This document shows, one piece after another, positions 28,032 through 38,399 of a DNA stretch of 64,000 nucleotides. The translations under genes and the position numbers were made by a program. The notes under the pieces were generated by a model. It was not told where the DNA came from, made no database searches, and worked only from the letters and a program-made list of their open reading frames with translations. This DNA is from a virus: the IMG/VR virus record IMGVR_UViG_3300043015_000560, positions 1-64,000 of that record; one strand, written 5' to 3'. Numbering within the stretch: position 1 is the stretch's first letter; the number at the start of each line of letters is the position of its first letter.

Positions 28032-28039
28032 TATTTATA
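28032..28039 (-). promoter_or_regulatory. T4-type late promoter for leftward operon (ANL enzyme to gp4)
   Basis: TATTTATA on plus strand, facing the rightward promoter. Confidence 0.7.
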
Positions 28040-29187
28040 TGAGTTTTTTCTCATTCTTTGAAAGCGACGACGATGGGGTCGTTACCGAAGATAGCCGTCA
28101 GGATGCTAGGACCGCAGCTCGTAACGAACAAAGAGCTAGAACCTCTGCGGTTGTTAGCTCACCGACAACAGCGTCATATCCTTCTGATGCTAGTGCAGGT
28201 AGACAACCACATAGTGTTGTATTCCATATTAATGCCAGATCTAATTCAGCTGCAGGAGCAGCAGCCCAATCTGCTAATGCAGGCACGGCGGCTTGGAATA
28301 ATGCACAAGGGGCTTTACAAAGTCAACAGGCAAGTGAAAACAGAGCATCCGCAGATGCTAGCGATACAGTAATGGCAGGAGCCTCGGCTGTAGCGGCCGG
28401 CGCTTTAACGGCAGCCATAGGGCCAAAGATGACAGGGGACAACGCATCTAAACTAGCAGTGCCACTTCTTGCTACAGGAGCGGCAGTTGTTGCTGGAGCA
28501 CTTGGTGGATCTTTAACAGGTTCGAATAATACAGTTAGACTATTAGGATCAATTCAACTACATATCTCACAAGCACCGGTTACAGCATATAGTGCTAACT
28601 GGGACGAAGAAACATTAGGCACAGCAGCAGGCTTGTTAGCAAGTGGTAGAGCTGGGTTGTCAGATATTCTTGGCGGGGCTGAGTATCTTTCTCGTGGTGT
28701 TATTGGCGCGGCAGCTAATATTCCAAAAGAGCTAGGTATCGGCGATCAAAACATTGCAGGAGCAATTGAGGCAACATCTAAGAAAGTAGCAAACCCATAC
28801 AAAGAACAATTGTTTAAATCAATGGGATTCAGAAAGTTCTCTTTTGAATATAAGTTTATGCCAAAGAATGCAAGCGAATACAATACAGTTCAAGGCATAC
28901 TTAAACAGTTTAGATTACATATGCACCCAGACAAAGGACAAGACGGCTTTTTCCTAATTTATCCTTCAGAGTTTAATATTGAATATCGCTATAAGGGCGG
29001 AGTAAACGGACACATTGCTAAAATTGCATCCTGTGTTTTAACCGATATGAAAATTACATACGGTTCTTCTGATGGAACATTTAATACTATTAAAGGCACG
29101 GGTGGCGCGCCAAACGAAATTAATATGTTGTTGTCCTTCACAGAACTAGAAACATTAACAACAGATAGAATCGAGGACGGGCTATAA
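28039..29187 (+). CDS. gp48: baseplate tail tube cap
   Basis: NPYKEQLFKSMGFRKFSFEYKFMPKN, YPSEFNI, CVLTDM, LSFTELE. Confidence 0.9.
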   Translation: MSFFSFFESDDDGVVTEDSRQDARTAARNEQRARTSAVVSSPTTASYPSDASAGRQPHSVVFHINARSNSAAGAAAQSANAGTAAWNNAQGALQSQQASENRASADASDTVMAGASAVAAGALTAAIGPKMTGDNASKLAVPLLATGAAVVAGALGGSLTGSNNTVRLLGSIQLHISQAPVTAYSANWDEETLGTAAGLLASGRAGLSDILGGAEYLSRGVIGAAANIPKELGIGDQNIAGAIEATSKKVANPYKEQLFKSMGFRKFSFEYKFMPKNASEYNTVQGILKQFRLHMHPDKGQDGFFLIYPSEFNIEYRYKGGVNGHIAKIASCVLTDMKITYGSSDGTFNTIKGTGGAPNEINMLLSFTELETLTTDRIEDGL

Positions 29188-29693
29188 TGTATTTTAAAAA
29201 TATGCCAAATATTGTTTATAAGTTTAATGACAAACAAATCCTTGTTAAAGATATATTCAGAAGAATTCAACTATCTACAGAAGCAAAAGATAGACGCCAA
29301 CTAATCAATTACATTATTGAAGACGGCGAAACCCCAGATGCAGTTGCTTATAATTTTTATGGGTCTTCTGAAATGCACTGGCTTATACTTTTAGTTAATG
29401 AAATATTCAGTGTAAAAGAAGAATGGCCTATTCACCAACAAGACATTTTTAGATATACAGAAAGCAAGTACGGTGTGGGTAACGCTTCAGATATCCATCA
29501 CTATGCACTCTCAGAAGATACAAATATTATCGTAGACTACAATGCCGCTGATTTGGCTAATGGTGTAATTGAGGAAGTTACTAACTATGCCTACGAAGAA
29601 TCTTTGAACGACGACAAGCGTCAGATTTTTCTATTGAGGAACGAATATGTTCAACAATTTACTATGCAGTATAAAAAACTAATACAGGCTTAA
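29187..29693 (+). CDS. gp53: baseplate wedge subunit (LysM-like)
   Basis: YFKNMP, DGETPDAVAYNFYG..HWLILLVN, YEESLNDDKRQI. Confidence 0.92.
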   Translation: MYFKNMPNIVYKFNDKQILVKDIFRRIQLSTEAKDRRQLINYIIEDGETPDAVAYNFYGSSEMHWLILLVNEIFSVKEEWPIHQQDIFRYTESKYGVGNASDIHHYALSEDTNIIVDYNAADLANGVIEEVTNYAYEESLNDDKRQIFLLRNEYVQQFTMQYKKLIQA

Positions 29694-29694
29694 C

Positions 29695-30999
29695 ATGGCA
29701 GAACTTATATACAAGCCCGGTGAGGTGAGAATTGAGAATCTTGCTATTACAAATGCCAAAACCGGCGACACATTAGATTTAACAAACTTCGCAGCTGAGA
29801 TTAATATTTACGAAGATATCTTTTCTCCTGTTATATTTGGTAACATTATTATATCTGATGCTGTTAATGCTATTAATACTTTTCCTATCCTAGGAACAGA
29901 AGTTATTAACATAAAACTTAGAACCCCTCAATTAGGAACAGCGATTGAAGGTAATTTTCAGCTATACGCTATTGAAGACAGGCAGCTGTTAACAGACAGA
30001 GAACAGTCCTATAGACTAGCTTTTATTTCTAGAGAAGGATATAGGGACCAAGTTACAAACATCTCTAAAACTTTTAGAGGTAAAACCCATGAGATTGCGG
30101 CAGATATCTTTGGTGAATATGTACAATTAGACAAAGATTTAATTATAGGCGACACCCCACATCAAAGTAAAATAACTTATACTTCTAACTTTTGGACAGC
30201 CTTTAGAAATTTTAATTTTTTATCTAAGAGATCAAAGGGTTCAGACTTAGGGGCAAATGATTTTTTATTCTTTGAAACTAATTCTTCTTTTTGGTGGGCA
30301 TCAACTGAATGGTTAATTGACGAACAATTAAAGAATGGTTTATTCGAAGAGTACATATACGAACCACCTGGAGTAAAGCTACCTAGAAGGGTTAGTGGTT
30401 ATAATTTTGTTGGGGCAGTTTTGCCGCCCGAATTTACACAGGTAGAAGATATAAAAATACCTAAAACTATGGACTTGTTAGAACAACAAGACTCAGGGTT
30501 TTATTCTAATGGTGTTAGAGCTTTTAATTTTACAACAGGCGAACATTTTGAAAAGAACTTCAACGCTATAGAGGAATGGGAAAAGTATGTTAGGACAGAC
30601 AAAGGTTCTATTATTCCCGCACTTGTTGAGAAGATGCCCTATAGTAATGTGCAATTTATTCCTCTAAATAGTTGGGTACATAATGATTACGAATTTGATG
30701 ATGAATATTTAGATAATCCATCACAGAGACAGACATATTCTAACTCATTTAAACAATTTAAGTTTCAAATGGAAGTGCCGGGAAGAACAGACATAGAAGT
30801 GGGTAAACTTATTGTTGTCATGTTTCCTAATGTAAAAAGTAAAACAATAGACGACCCACAAACTATGGATATGGCTTTTGACGAATTGTTAACGGGCCCT
30901 TATCTAGTAACAGCAATTAACCACAAAATAGATAATGCTAAACATTATATGATTTTAGAAATAGTAAAAAATGGACTAACCAAGTCTATAGGAGATTGA
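29695..30999 (+). CDS. baseplate hub protein (gp27-like)
   Basis: INIYEDIFSP, FLFFET, VPGRTDIEVG, GPYLVTAINH; lies between gp53 and gp5. Confidence 0.7.
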   Translation: MAELIYKPGEVRIENLAITNAKTGDTLDLTNFAAEINIYEDIFSPVIFGNIIISDAVNAINTFPILGTEVINIKLRTPQLGTAIEGNFQLYAIEDRQLLTDREQSYRLAFISREGYRDQVTNISKTFRGKTHEIAADIFGEYVQLDKDLIIGDTPHQSKITYTSNFWTAFRNFNFLSKRSKGSDLGANDFLFFETNSSFWWASTEWLIDEQLKNGLFEEYIYEPPGVKLPRRVSGYNFVGAVLPPEFTQVEDIKIPKTMDLLEQQDSGFYSNGVRAFNFTTGEHFEKNFNAIEEWEKYVRTDKGSIIPALVEKMPYSNVQFIPLNSWVHNDYEFDDEYLDNPSQRQTYSNSFKQFKFQMEVPGRTDIEVGKLIVVMFPNVKSKTIDDPQTMDMAFDELLTGPYLVTAINHKIDNAKHYMILEIVKNGLTKSIGD

Positions 31000-31000
31000 G

Positions 31001-32842
31001 ATGAGTGATATTAGAATGCCTAAGTTCTTTTGGTGGATTGGAGTCGTAGAAGATAGACTCGATCCAGAATTCTTAGGTAGATATAGAGTTAGAATTTTAG
31101 GTTATCATACGGGTAACAAAGAAACTCTACCAACTGAAGATTTGCCTTGGGCGGTACCAGTACTCCCAGCAAATTCGGGCAGTATGTCTGGCGTAGGCGT
31201 GAGCGGTGGCGGGCTTGTTGAGGGCTCTACTGTTATTGGATTTTTTGCTGACGGCGAAGATGGACAATCTCCTCTTATATTTGGAACATTCCAAACAAAT
31301 CCTCAAGTCGATTATAATGGCAACGATCCTGAATCTGCAGCTGTGGATTCAGCAAAAACCTCAGAGATGATTGCTGAACTTACTAAACAGGTACAAGGAT
31401 TAGAAGAGATAATCCGACAACAGGCAAGAGAAAACAAACCTACAGAAAGTTACGAAGCAGAAAGAGATTTACTCAAACAACAAATCGACGCCTTAAATGG
31501 TGTTGGTGATACTTTGGGATTTACTGATCCTAGAAAAATATTTCCTAGAACTCCAACAGGCACGGGTTATAACACATTAAAAGAACCAAACTCTAGTAGA
31601 CTTTCTAGGGGCCCAGATGCAGAACTTCACGCTTCACTTGTTAATAAAAGAACTACAAGACTGGGAGAAGAAGGCACAGAGATTCCTATGGCAACCGCTG
31701 CTAGTGTTGTATCGGTATTAGACGATAAAGACGGTGTACCATACGAAAGACCTTTCTGGGAAGAACCACATCCTAGATTTGGGTGGGACAAGAAAAGTTA
31801 TTGCCCACATGGCACTAAGCCAACTTCAGAACACATGAAGTTTAGCGAGTCTTCACTTTACCCTTATAACAGAGTTCTTGAAACAGAAACAGGACACATA
31901 TTTGAAGTTGATGATACACCAGACAATGGAAGAATACACGAGTATCACAACTCCGGCACATTTTACGAAATACAAGCAGACGGTAAAAAGATAACCAAAG
32001 TAGTTGGTGACGATTACGACATTACAATTAGAGATAAAAAAGTTTTTATTGGTGGTAGCTGTACTGTTACTATTGAAGGCGACGCTAGTGTTTATGTTAA
32101 AGGTAATAGCTACGAGGAAGTAGATGGAGACAAATTTGTAAGCGTAAAAGGAGATCATGTTACAAAGGTTGGCGGTAACCAAGTATTAGAAGTGTTAACT
32201 GATTCCAATTCACAGATCAATGGATCAAAGGGTTACAGAGTATCAGGCGACGATAGTGAAACTATTGTTGGTAATCAAACACACTCAGTTGCCGGAACAA
32301 AGATGACCACAGTCAATGGCAATGTAACAGAAAAATATTTGAGTGAGGTTAAGGTTACTGTAGGAAAGAGTTATGCTCAACTAGTTGCTGAGAAATGGAA
32401 TGTAGGTTCAGGCAAAAACATGGGACTTGGTTCGGCCGAGAAAGTAAATATTAAATCTAAATTAGAAATGGAAATTGAATCTGAGTCAACACAGCTAGTC
32501 AAGTCTAAAGAAGAACAAACCTTTACGGCGCTTGCCACACAAGTATTTAATGTTGGCACAGTACAGACAATGACAATGGGAGCTGATGAAGTACCAGCAG
32601 ATGGAGACACACCTGCAGAACCAGCAGTACCTGGAGAGCAGATCATCGGAGTGAAAGGTGGCACCCAAACGTTTACAGCAGATCAAACTATTATTGAGAA
32701 TGATGTAAGGATTGAAGGAGCTACACATTCAGTCGAAGATGTTTCAACAGATGCGGGCAATGGACCTACATTGGCTACACATAAACATAAAGAGATACCG
32801 GGTAGCGGCGATCCAACAGATACAACGGTAGCAGACGCGTAA
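31001..32842 (+). CDS. gp5: baseplate central spike without lysozyme domain
   Basis: WWIGVVEDRLDP..GRYRVRILGYH OB-fold, YPYNRVLETETGH..DDTP, VxGx beta-helix repeats, C-terminal HKH. Confidence 0.9.
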   Translation: MSDIRMPKFFWWIGVVEDRLDPEFLGRYRVRILGYHTGNKETLPTEDLPWAVPVLPANSGSMSGVGVSGGGLVEGSTVIGFFADGEDGQSPLIFGTFQTNPQVDYNGNDPESAAVDSAKTSEMIAELTKQVQGLEEIIRQQARENKPTESYEAERDLLKQQIDALNGVGDTLGFTDPRKIFPRTPTGTGYNTLKEPNSSRLSRGPDAELHASLVNKRTTRLGEEGTEIPMATAASVVSVLDDKDGVPYERPFWEEPHPRFGWDKKSYCPHGTKPTSEHMKFSESSLYPYNRVLETETGHIFEVDDTPDNGRIHEYHNSGTFYEIQADGKKITKVVGDDYDITIRDKKVFIGGSCTVTIEGDASVYVKGNSYEEVDGDKFVSVKGDHVTKVGGNQVLEVLTDSNSQINGSKGYRVSGDDSETIVGNQTHSVAGTKMTTVNGNVTEKYLSEVKVTVGKSYAQLVAEKWNVGSGKNMGLGSAEKVNIKSKLEMEIESESTQLVKSKEEQTFTALATQVFNVGTVQTMTMGADEVPADGDTPAEPAVPGEQIIGVKGGTQTFTADQTIIENDVRIEGATHSVEDVSTDAGNGPTLATHKHKEIPGSGDPTDTTVADA

Positions 32843-32852
32843 GGAGGAGAAA

Positions 32853-33494
32853 ATGAGTTGTGGACCAGCGGCAGGATTAAAAGGACTAGCAGATAAGATA
32901 GAGGCTGCTAATGATGAATTAGATAGTTTATTGGAGAGTGCCACAGGTGGTATTACCGATTTACTTGACAGCTTAGAAAGCATAGTCCAAGAGGAAGTTA
33001 ATGGCATTGAGGATAAACTTACTAGTATGATCCCTTCATTGTTAGATCCTCCGCCCGATAGTATTTTAGGACAAGTACAGGATATTGGTAAACTCTTAGC
33101 TTTGGGTGTTGTTGCAGGACCTCAGGTACTTGCAGCAGCAAAAAACTTTGAAACAAAATGGGGCGGCATTCTTAAATCTAATCCAGTCTTTGATGGGGAC
33201 TTAGAAATAAGTGACATCGGTGGAATGGTGGATTTGTTAAGACAGGGAGCAGCAGATATAGACGGTCTATGTAAACTTCTCCCCAACGTAAAAGATGACG
33301 GAATTGTTATTAGCATTTTAGCGTCTCCTGTAAGTTTCCCTGAAGTAGATGCAGTCGCTATGATAAAAGGACACAAATTACCAGAATTGCCAAAACCCAA
33401 ATTTGAACTTGAAGTTGGTAGACAGAAGAAGGAAGCAGAAGCATCCTTTGTAAACTATGAAGTTCCTAAGATTTATTTTGGCCCAAGAGGTTAA
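32853..33494 (+). CDS. hypothetical (probably virion) protein
   Basis: AGGAG RBS; located between gp5 and gp25. Confidence 0.6.
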   Translation: MSCGPAAGLKGLADKIEAANDELDSLLESATGGITDLLDSLESIVQEEVNGIEDKLTSMIPSLLDPPPDSILGQVQDIGKLLALGVVAGPQVLAAAKNFETKWGGILKSNPVFDGDLEISDIGGMVDLLRQGAADIDGLCKLLPNVKDDGIVISILASPVSFPEVDAVAMIKGHKLPELPKPKFELEVGRQKKEAEASFVNYEVPKIYFGPRG

Positions 33495-33500
33495 AGGAAG

Positions 33501-33508
33501 TATAAATA
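33501..33508 (+). promoter_or_regulatory. T4-type late promoter
   Basis: TATAAATA, 5 nt before ATG 33514. Confidence 0.8.
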
Positions 33509-33513
33509 CAGTT

Positions 33514-33918
33514 ATGGCCATAACAAATCTATCATTAAGTAAGATATATAAAGACATAGACTTCGGGTTTAAGGCAAACCCGGCATCTGGCGACCTTTCT
33601 AAGAAAATAGATGTTAAAGCTGTGTTGCAGTCTGTTAAAACACTGATCATGCTTAACTATTACGAAAAGCCGTTTCGCCCAGAGATTGGGACAGGAATTC
33701 GGGGGCTATTGTTTGAACCGCTGTCTCCTGTAGTCGGTGCTACATTAGAAAAAATAATTGAGCAAGTAATAGAATCATATGAGCCTAGAGCAAAAAAGAT
33801 TAGAGTTATTTCAGAGCCAGATTATGATAGTAATACATACCGCATGACCTTAGAGTTTTACGTGGTTGGTATTGAAAGTCAACAAAAACTACAGGTAGAA
33901 TTAAAGAGGTTAAGATAA
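33514..33918 (+). CDS. gp25: baseplate wedge subunit
   Basis: YKDIDFGF..AVLQSV..YEKPFRPEIG..LLFEP..YEPR..LKRLR. Confidence 0.92.
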   Translation: MAITNLSLSKIYKDIDFGFKANPASGDLSKKIDVKAVLQSVKTLIMLNYYEKPFRPEIGTGIRGLLFEPLSPVVGATLEKIIEQVIESYEPRAKKIRVISEPDYDSNTYRMTLEFYVVGIESQQKLQVELKRLR

Positions 33919-33921
33919 GCA

Positions 33922-35832
33922 ATGGCACAATTAAACGTAACAGAACTAGACTTTAACAATATAAAACAGAATTTAAAGGCTTATCTATCTTCCCAAGAAG
34001 AATTCTCAGACTTTAATTTTGAAGGTTCTGCTTTGAACGTCCTGATGGATACCTTAGCATATAACACGCATTACAACGGTATGTTGGCTCATATGCTTGC
34101 AAATGAAAACTTTTTAGACAGTGCCATTAAAAGATCCTCGGTTGTTTCTTTAGCCAAAGCGCTAGGCTATACTCCTGTTTCTAAAAGAGCGGCAAGTGCT
34201 AGAGTCAATATTTTACTCTACCCAGATCCTTCGTATACACCAACAGTTTACACACTAAGCAGAGACACACAATTTAGAGCAACACTTGATGGAAAATCTT
34301 ATGTATTTTATCCACAAGAAGATCGCTTAATTCCTCTAGTCAACTCAAACGGAGTAGACTTATTTTACTTTGCGGATGTTGAGATTAAAGAGGGTAGACG
34401 ACTTAGCAATAGTTTTTTAATTGATTCTAATAGTAGATCAGGACCTTTAGTGGTACCGAATGCCGACATTGATACAACAACATTGAGAGTAAGAGTACAA
34501 AACTCAGCAACAGATGTTGGCGTTAGAACGTTTGTTAAAAAGTCTGGCTTTATAGATGTTAAAGGAACTGACAATGTTTATTTCTTGGAAGAAGGCCCTA
34601 CAGGGCTTTATCAATTAAGGTTCGGAGACGGTGTTATAGGACAAAAGTTATCCGAAGGCAACATTGTAATTATAGATTATCTAAACACTTCAGGTATTAA
34701 TTCTAATACCGCAAAACAATTTACTATTACAGACGTTTTGACAGGTTCTGGAGAAACACTATCAGTTCAAACAGTATCACCTGCATCGGGCGGCGCTACA
34801 AGGGAAAGTGTTGATAGCATTAAAATTAATGCTCCACGATACAATGCTACAAAAGAAAGAGCAGTTACATCTAACGATTATGAATCACTAATTAAGATTG
34901 AAAATCCATCAGTACAATCTGTATCTGTTTGGGGAGGAGAAGAAAACGATCCTCCTATGTACGGAAAAGTATTTGTCTCGTTGAATCCGTTTCCTGGCAG
35001 TGTTATTACAGAAAATACCAAACAAAAAATTCTAACAGAAATTATAACTCCTAGAGCACCTATTGCTATTGAGCCAGAATTTATAGATCCAGAGTATACT
35101 TATGTTGGAGTTAAAACAGTCGCTACATATTCTGTCAAAGAAACAGCACTAACATCTGGACAGATTTCAGCTGCCGTTAATGCCGCAATACAGGGCTACT
35201 TCACAACTGAATTAAATATTCTAAATAAGAGTTTATATTATTCTAGATTGCATGAAGTAATCAAAACAGTTTCGCCATCTATTATTTCAGTGGCTCTCAA
35301 CCTAACTATACAAAAAAGAATCTCTTTAGTAGATTTAAATGCAGTTGGAACATTGTTCTCAAACTTCAATGAAAAAATTCAACCCAGAACTTTACACACT
35401 ACTTGGTTTAATGCTGTTGTTAATACACAAACATACAAGTGCAAAATTATTGACTTGCCAGAAGCAACCGTAGTATCACCTAACCACAATGGCTTTGGTA
35501 AACTTTGGTTACAATCTGATACAGGTAAAAATATTGCAGAGATTGGAACTATTAATTACGACACTGGTAAACTTACTATTTTAAAACTTCAAGTGTCCTC
35601 TTTATATGGCACTGAGACACATTTACGTCTCACAGTAGACCCACATAATACGACTAAGGATATTACAACAGATATCTTAACTAGAACATCAGAAATAAAA
35701 GAGTCTGCTGTTGTAGCGAAGCCATCGAAAAATACAATTATAACTCTCAATCAAACAGTGGGAGATATCATAACTGGAGCAAGATCTTCATTCATAATTG
35801 AAGCAAAACCAAGAGTAAAAGAGACACTGTAA
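33922..35832 (+). CDS. gp6: baseplate wedge subunit
   Basis: ELDFNNIK..DFNFEGS..LAYNTHYN, FGDGVIG, RAVTSNDY, WGGEENDPPMYGKV. Confidence 0.95.
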   Translation: MAQLNVTELDFNNIKQNLKAYLSSQEEFSDFNFEGSALNVLMDTLAYNTHYNGMLAHMLANENFLDSAIKRSSVVSLAKALGYTPVSKRAASARVNILLYPDPSYTPTVYTLSRDTQFRATLDGKSYVFYPQEDRLIPLVNSNGVDLFYFADVEIKEGRRLSNSFLIDSNSRSGPLVVPNADIDTTTLRVRVQNSATDVGVRTFVKKSGFIDVKGTDNVYFLEEGPTGLYQLRFGDGVIGQKLSEGNIVIIDYLNTSGINSNTAKQFTITDVLTGSGETLSVQTVSPASGGATRESVDSIKINAPRYNATKERAVTSNDYESLIKIENPSVQSVSVWGGEENDPPMYGKVFVSLNPFPGSVITENTKQKILTEIITPRAPIAIEPEFIDPEYTYVGVKTVATYSVKETALTSGQISAAVNAAIQGYFTTELNILNKSLYYSRLHEVIKTVSPSIISVALNLTIQKRISLVDLNAVGTLFSNFNEKIQPRTLHTTWFNAVVNTQTYKCKIIDLPEATVVSPNHNGFGKLWLQSDTGKNIAEIGTINYDTGKLTILKLQVSSLYGTETHLRLTVDPHNTTKDITTDILTRTSEIKESAVVAKPSKNTIITLNQTVGDIITGARSSFIIEAKPRVKETL

Positions 35833-38382
35833 ATGTCAAATATAATACCAAGTTATTATAGATATATTTCAGGATTAGTAATTACTAATGCGGGATCTGG
35901 GTTTACCTCGGTTCCTGATATCGTAATTTCTGGTGGCGGTGGTACTGGCGGTGCCGCGGTTGCCGAAATCTTTAATGGTAGAATTATAGGCGTAACACTT
36001 ACCAATATTGGTACTGGTTATACTACATCTCCTAATGTTGCCGTAGTGGGCGGCGGTGGAAGTGGTGCAGTTATTACTGCTAACGTATCCTTTGCCTCAG
36101 GTGTGGGTGAGATAGCTAATGTAAAAGCTAGTTCTCTTATAGACAAAGATCTTCCAGAGTTTGTTAGACAAGACCACCCAGAATTCACAAATTTTATTAA
36201 GAAATATGTTGCTTGGATGGACCAAGAAGGCAATCCAAATAATATACTTCTAAACAAAAAGTATAATGATATAGATTCTGCTACAGAAGCAGAGCTGCTA
36301 AAGTGGCAAAATCAATTAGGCAGGGACTTGCCTAACAGTTTAGCAGTAGATAAAAAGACCCTACTAAAAAGATTAAAAGATCTTTATGAGACAAAAGGAT
36401 CTAGAAGATCCATAGAACTATTCTTCAGATTATTGTTTGACGAAGAAGTTACTGTTTACTACCCACAGGAAGAACTATTAAGAGCATCTGACGGCAGATG
36501 GGTTGAAGATAAGGCGATTCGTGTATCTGGTATTGCAGGACAGGCTGACTTACTAACATACCAAGGCAAGTTAATTGACATTCATGTCTTTAAGACTGTT
36601 GGTACACTTACAACATCAAAGATCATTGAAGCCACTGTAACACAGGTTGAAAAAATTGCCTACTCTAAACCCACAACTTATGAGTTCATAGTTCAATTAC
36701 CAGCCGGCACAACGAATATAGACGGACCGGGTGCAGACGCCTCATTAAATATAAATGTAACTGCTGGAGTAATTACATCTGTAGACGTATTGATAGCAGG
36801 ATCTGGATATAATGCAGCGCCAGTACTGGAAATATATGACAGCGCAGGCACAGGAGCAGATTTAAGAGTAATTGTTGAAGACGGAAAAATTGCTAGCGTA
36901 ACTGTTGCCGACGGTGGTTCTGGTTATGTTGCCCCCGAATATATTTTAAATTATGATAGCATTCAAACTTATGTCACTTTAAGAGGCGAAACAGTACCTG
37001 AAGGATATTTAATTAGAACACTGAACAGTGTTACTACTGTCACTCCTTACACTGGAGACAATCTTAATTTACGAGTTGGTAATATTTTTGAGATTAATGA
37101 ATCAGGAGACGACGGCAGAGGATATGCCCTAGATTATTTTGCAGAAGAATACACATATATCGGCGGCGACAACGGCGCTTATATTAGAGTAGAACGAGTA
37201 GACACAACCGGAATGCCAACATTGTGGTCAATCGTACAATCTGGTTCTGGCTTCTTAGGAGCAGATACAACTTTGCCCATTACAACACCAAGTGGGTTAA
37301 ATTTTAATATCAAATTAATTACAGGGTACTTATATTCTTATCCTGGTAAATACTTAAATGATAGAGGCAAACTATCGGACGTAAACAGACTACAAGATAA
37401 TAGAAAATATCAAAAGTATTCTTACGTTGTTAAAACCGGAATTCCACAAAGCCGATGGAACAAGTCTATAAGAGAATTGGTACACCCCGCGGGTATGGAA
37501 GTTTTCGGCGATCTAATTATTAAACACAATATAGATTTTGGCGCAAACTTATCTATAGTAACAGACGGTGTTATCTTCAGTAAGTTCTTTGCAACTGATG
37601 ATGTTAATGCTTCTGTTATTGTAGTTAGGCTACATATTTACAAAAACTTCTCAGAGGCATTAAATGTTTCTGAAAGTGTAAGTAAGACTTTCGGAATTAA
37701 TAAACAAGACACCACCACACAAGGTGAGTCGGTACTTCAACTATTTGAAACAAGTAAATCTGATACAGCAAATGTGTCTCAGATATTTGATAGAGTGGTG
37801 GATTATAATAGAGAATTTCAGGAGGCACAAAATGCCACTGATATATTCGAATCATTAATTTCGTACAATAGGACGTTTACTGAAAATCAGTCAACTTCCG
37901 AATTAATTGCTAAGGTACTAGGCAAAGCAGAATCAGAAACAGTAGCACTTTCAGAAGATACTGTTTATGATATGCAGAAAGGTATACAAGAGAGTCTCAC
38001 AGCAGTGGGCTCATTTGGTTTAGAATTTAATCAAGGCACTATTACAGACTCTGTAACGGCTACATCATTGCCCGCAATTACGGCAGGTATTGTACCACAC
38101 GAAGAGGAGGCTCAGACGTTTGAAGAATTGCATATTCTAACAAACAGTTATGCTGCCCAAGATTATTTCCTGGAAGATTACGTAGGGAGTATTATTTCCT
38201 ATATAAATAAACACAAGAAACTAGTGTTAACGGCGTCTGCTATAGATAGCGTTGCACTTAATACAACAACAACTTTAACCCCAGATTCCACTAGTAGCTC
38301 AGACTCTGGAATATTAAACTTACAGGATTACGCAGGAGATGTATTCGGCGGAGATTATGTAGGTAGTGGATATGGAATTTAA
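35833..38382 (+). CDS. gp7: baseplate wedge initiator-like protein
   Basis: LPEFVRQDHP, YETKGSRRSIELFFRLLF, LQDNRKYQKYSYV, LVHPAGM; follows gp6. Confidence 0.75.
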   Translation: MSNIIPSYYRYISGLVITNAGSGFTSVPDIVISGGGGTGGAAVAEIFNGRIIGVTLTNIGTGYTTSPNVAVVGGGGSGAVITANVSFASGVGEIANVKASSLIDKDLPEFVRQDHPEFTNFIKKYVAWMDQEGNPNNILLNKKYNDIDSATEAELLKWQNQLGRDLPNSLAVDKKTLLKRLKDLYETKGSRRSIELFFRLLFDEEVTVYYPQEELLRASDGRWVEDKAIRVSGIAGQADLLTYQGKLIDIHVFKTVGTLTTSKIIEATVTQVEKIAYSKPTTYEFIVQLPAGTTNIDGPGADASLNINVTAGVITSVDVLIAGSGYNAAPVLEIYDSAGTGADLRVIVEDGKIASVTVADGGSGYVAPEYILNYDSIQTYVTLRGETVPEGYLIRTLNSVTTVTPYTGDNLNLRVGNIFEINESGDDGRGYALDYFAEEYTYIGGDNGAYIRVERVDTTGMPTLWSIVQSGSGFLGADTTLPITTPSGLNFNIKLITGYLYSYPGKYLNDRGKLSDVNRLQDNRKYQKYSYVVKTGIPQSRWNKSIRELVHPAGMEVFGDLIIKHNIDFGANLSIVTDGVIFSKFFATDDVNASVIVVRLHIYKNFSEALNVSESVSKTFGINKQDTTTQGESVLQLFETSKSDTANVSQIFDRVVDYNREFQEAQNATDIFESLISYNRTFTENQSTSELIAKVLGKAESETVALSEDTVYDMQKGIQESLTAVGSFGLEFNQGTITDSVTATSLPAITAGIVPHEEEAQTFEELHILTNSYAAQDYFLEDYVGSIISYINKHKKLVLTASAIDSVALNTTTTLTPDSTSSSDSGILNLQDYAGDVFGGDYVGSGYGI
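38202..38209 (+). promoter_or_regulatory. possible internal late promoter
   Basis: TATAAATA near the 3' end of gp7, upstream of 38400. Confidence 0.5.
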
Positions 38383-38399
38383 ACAAATGGAGAATAACA

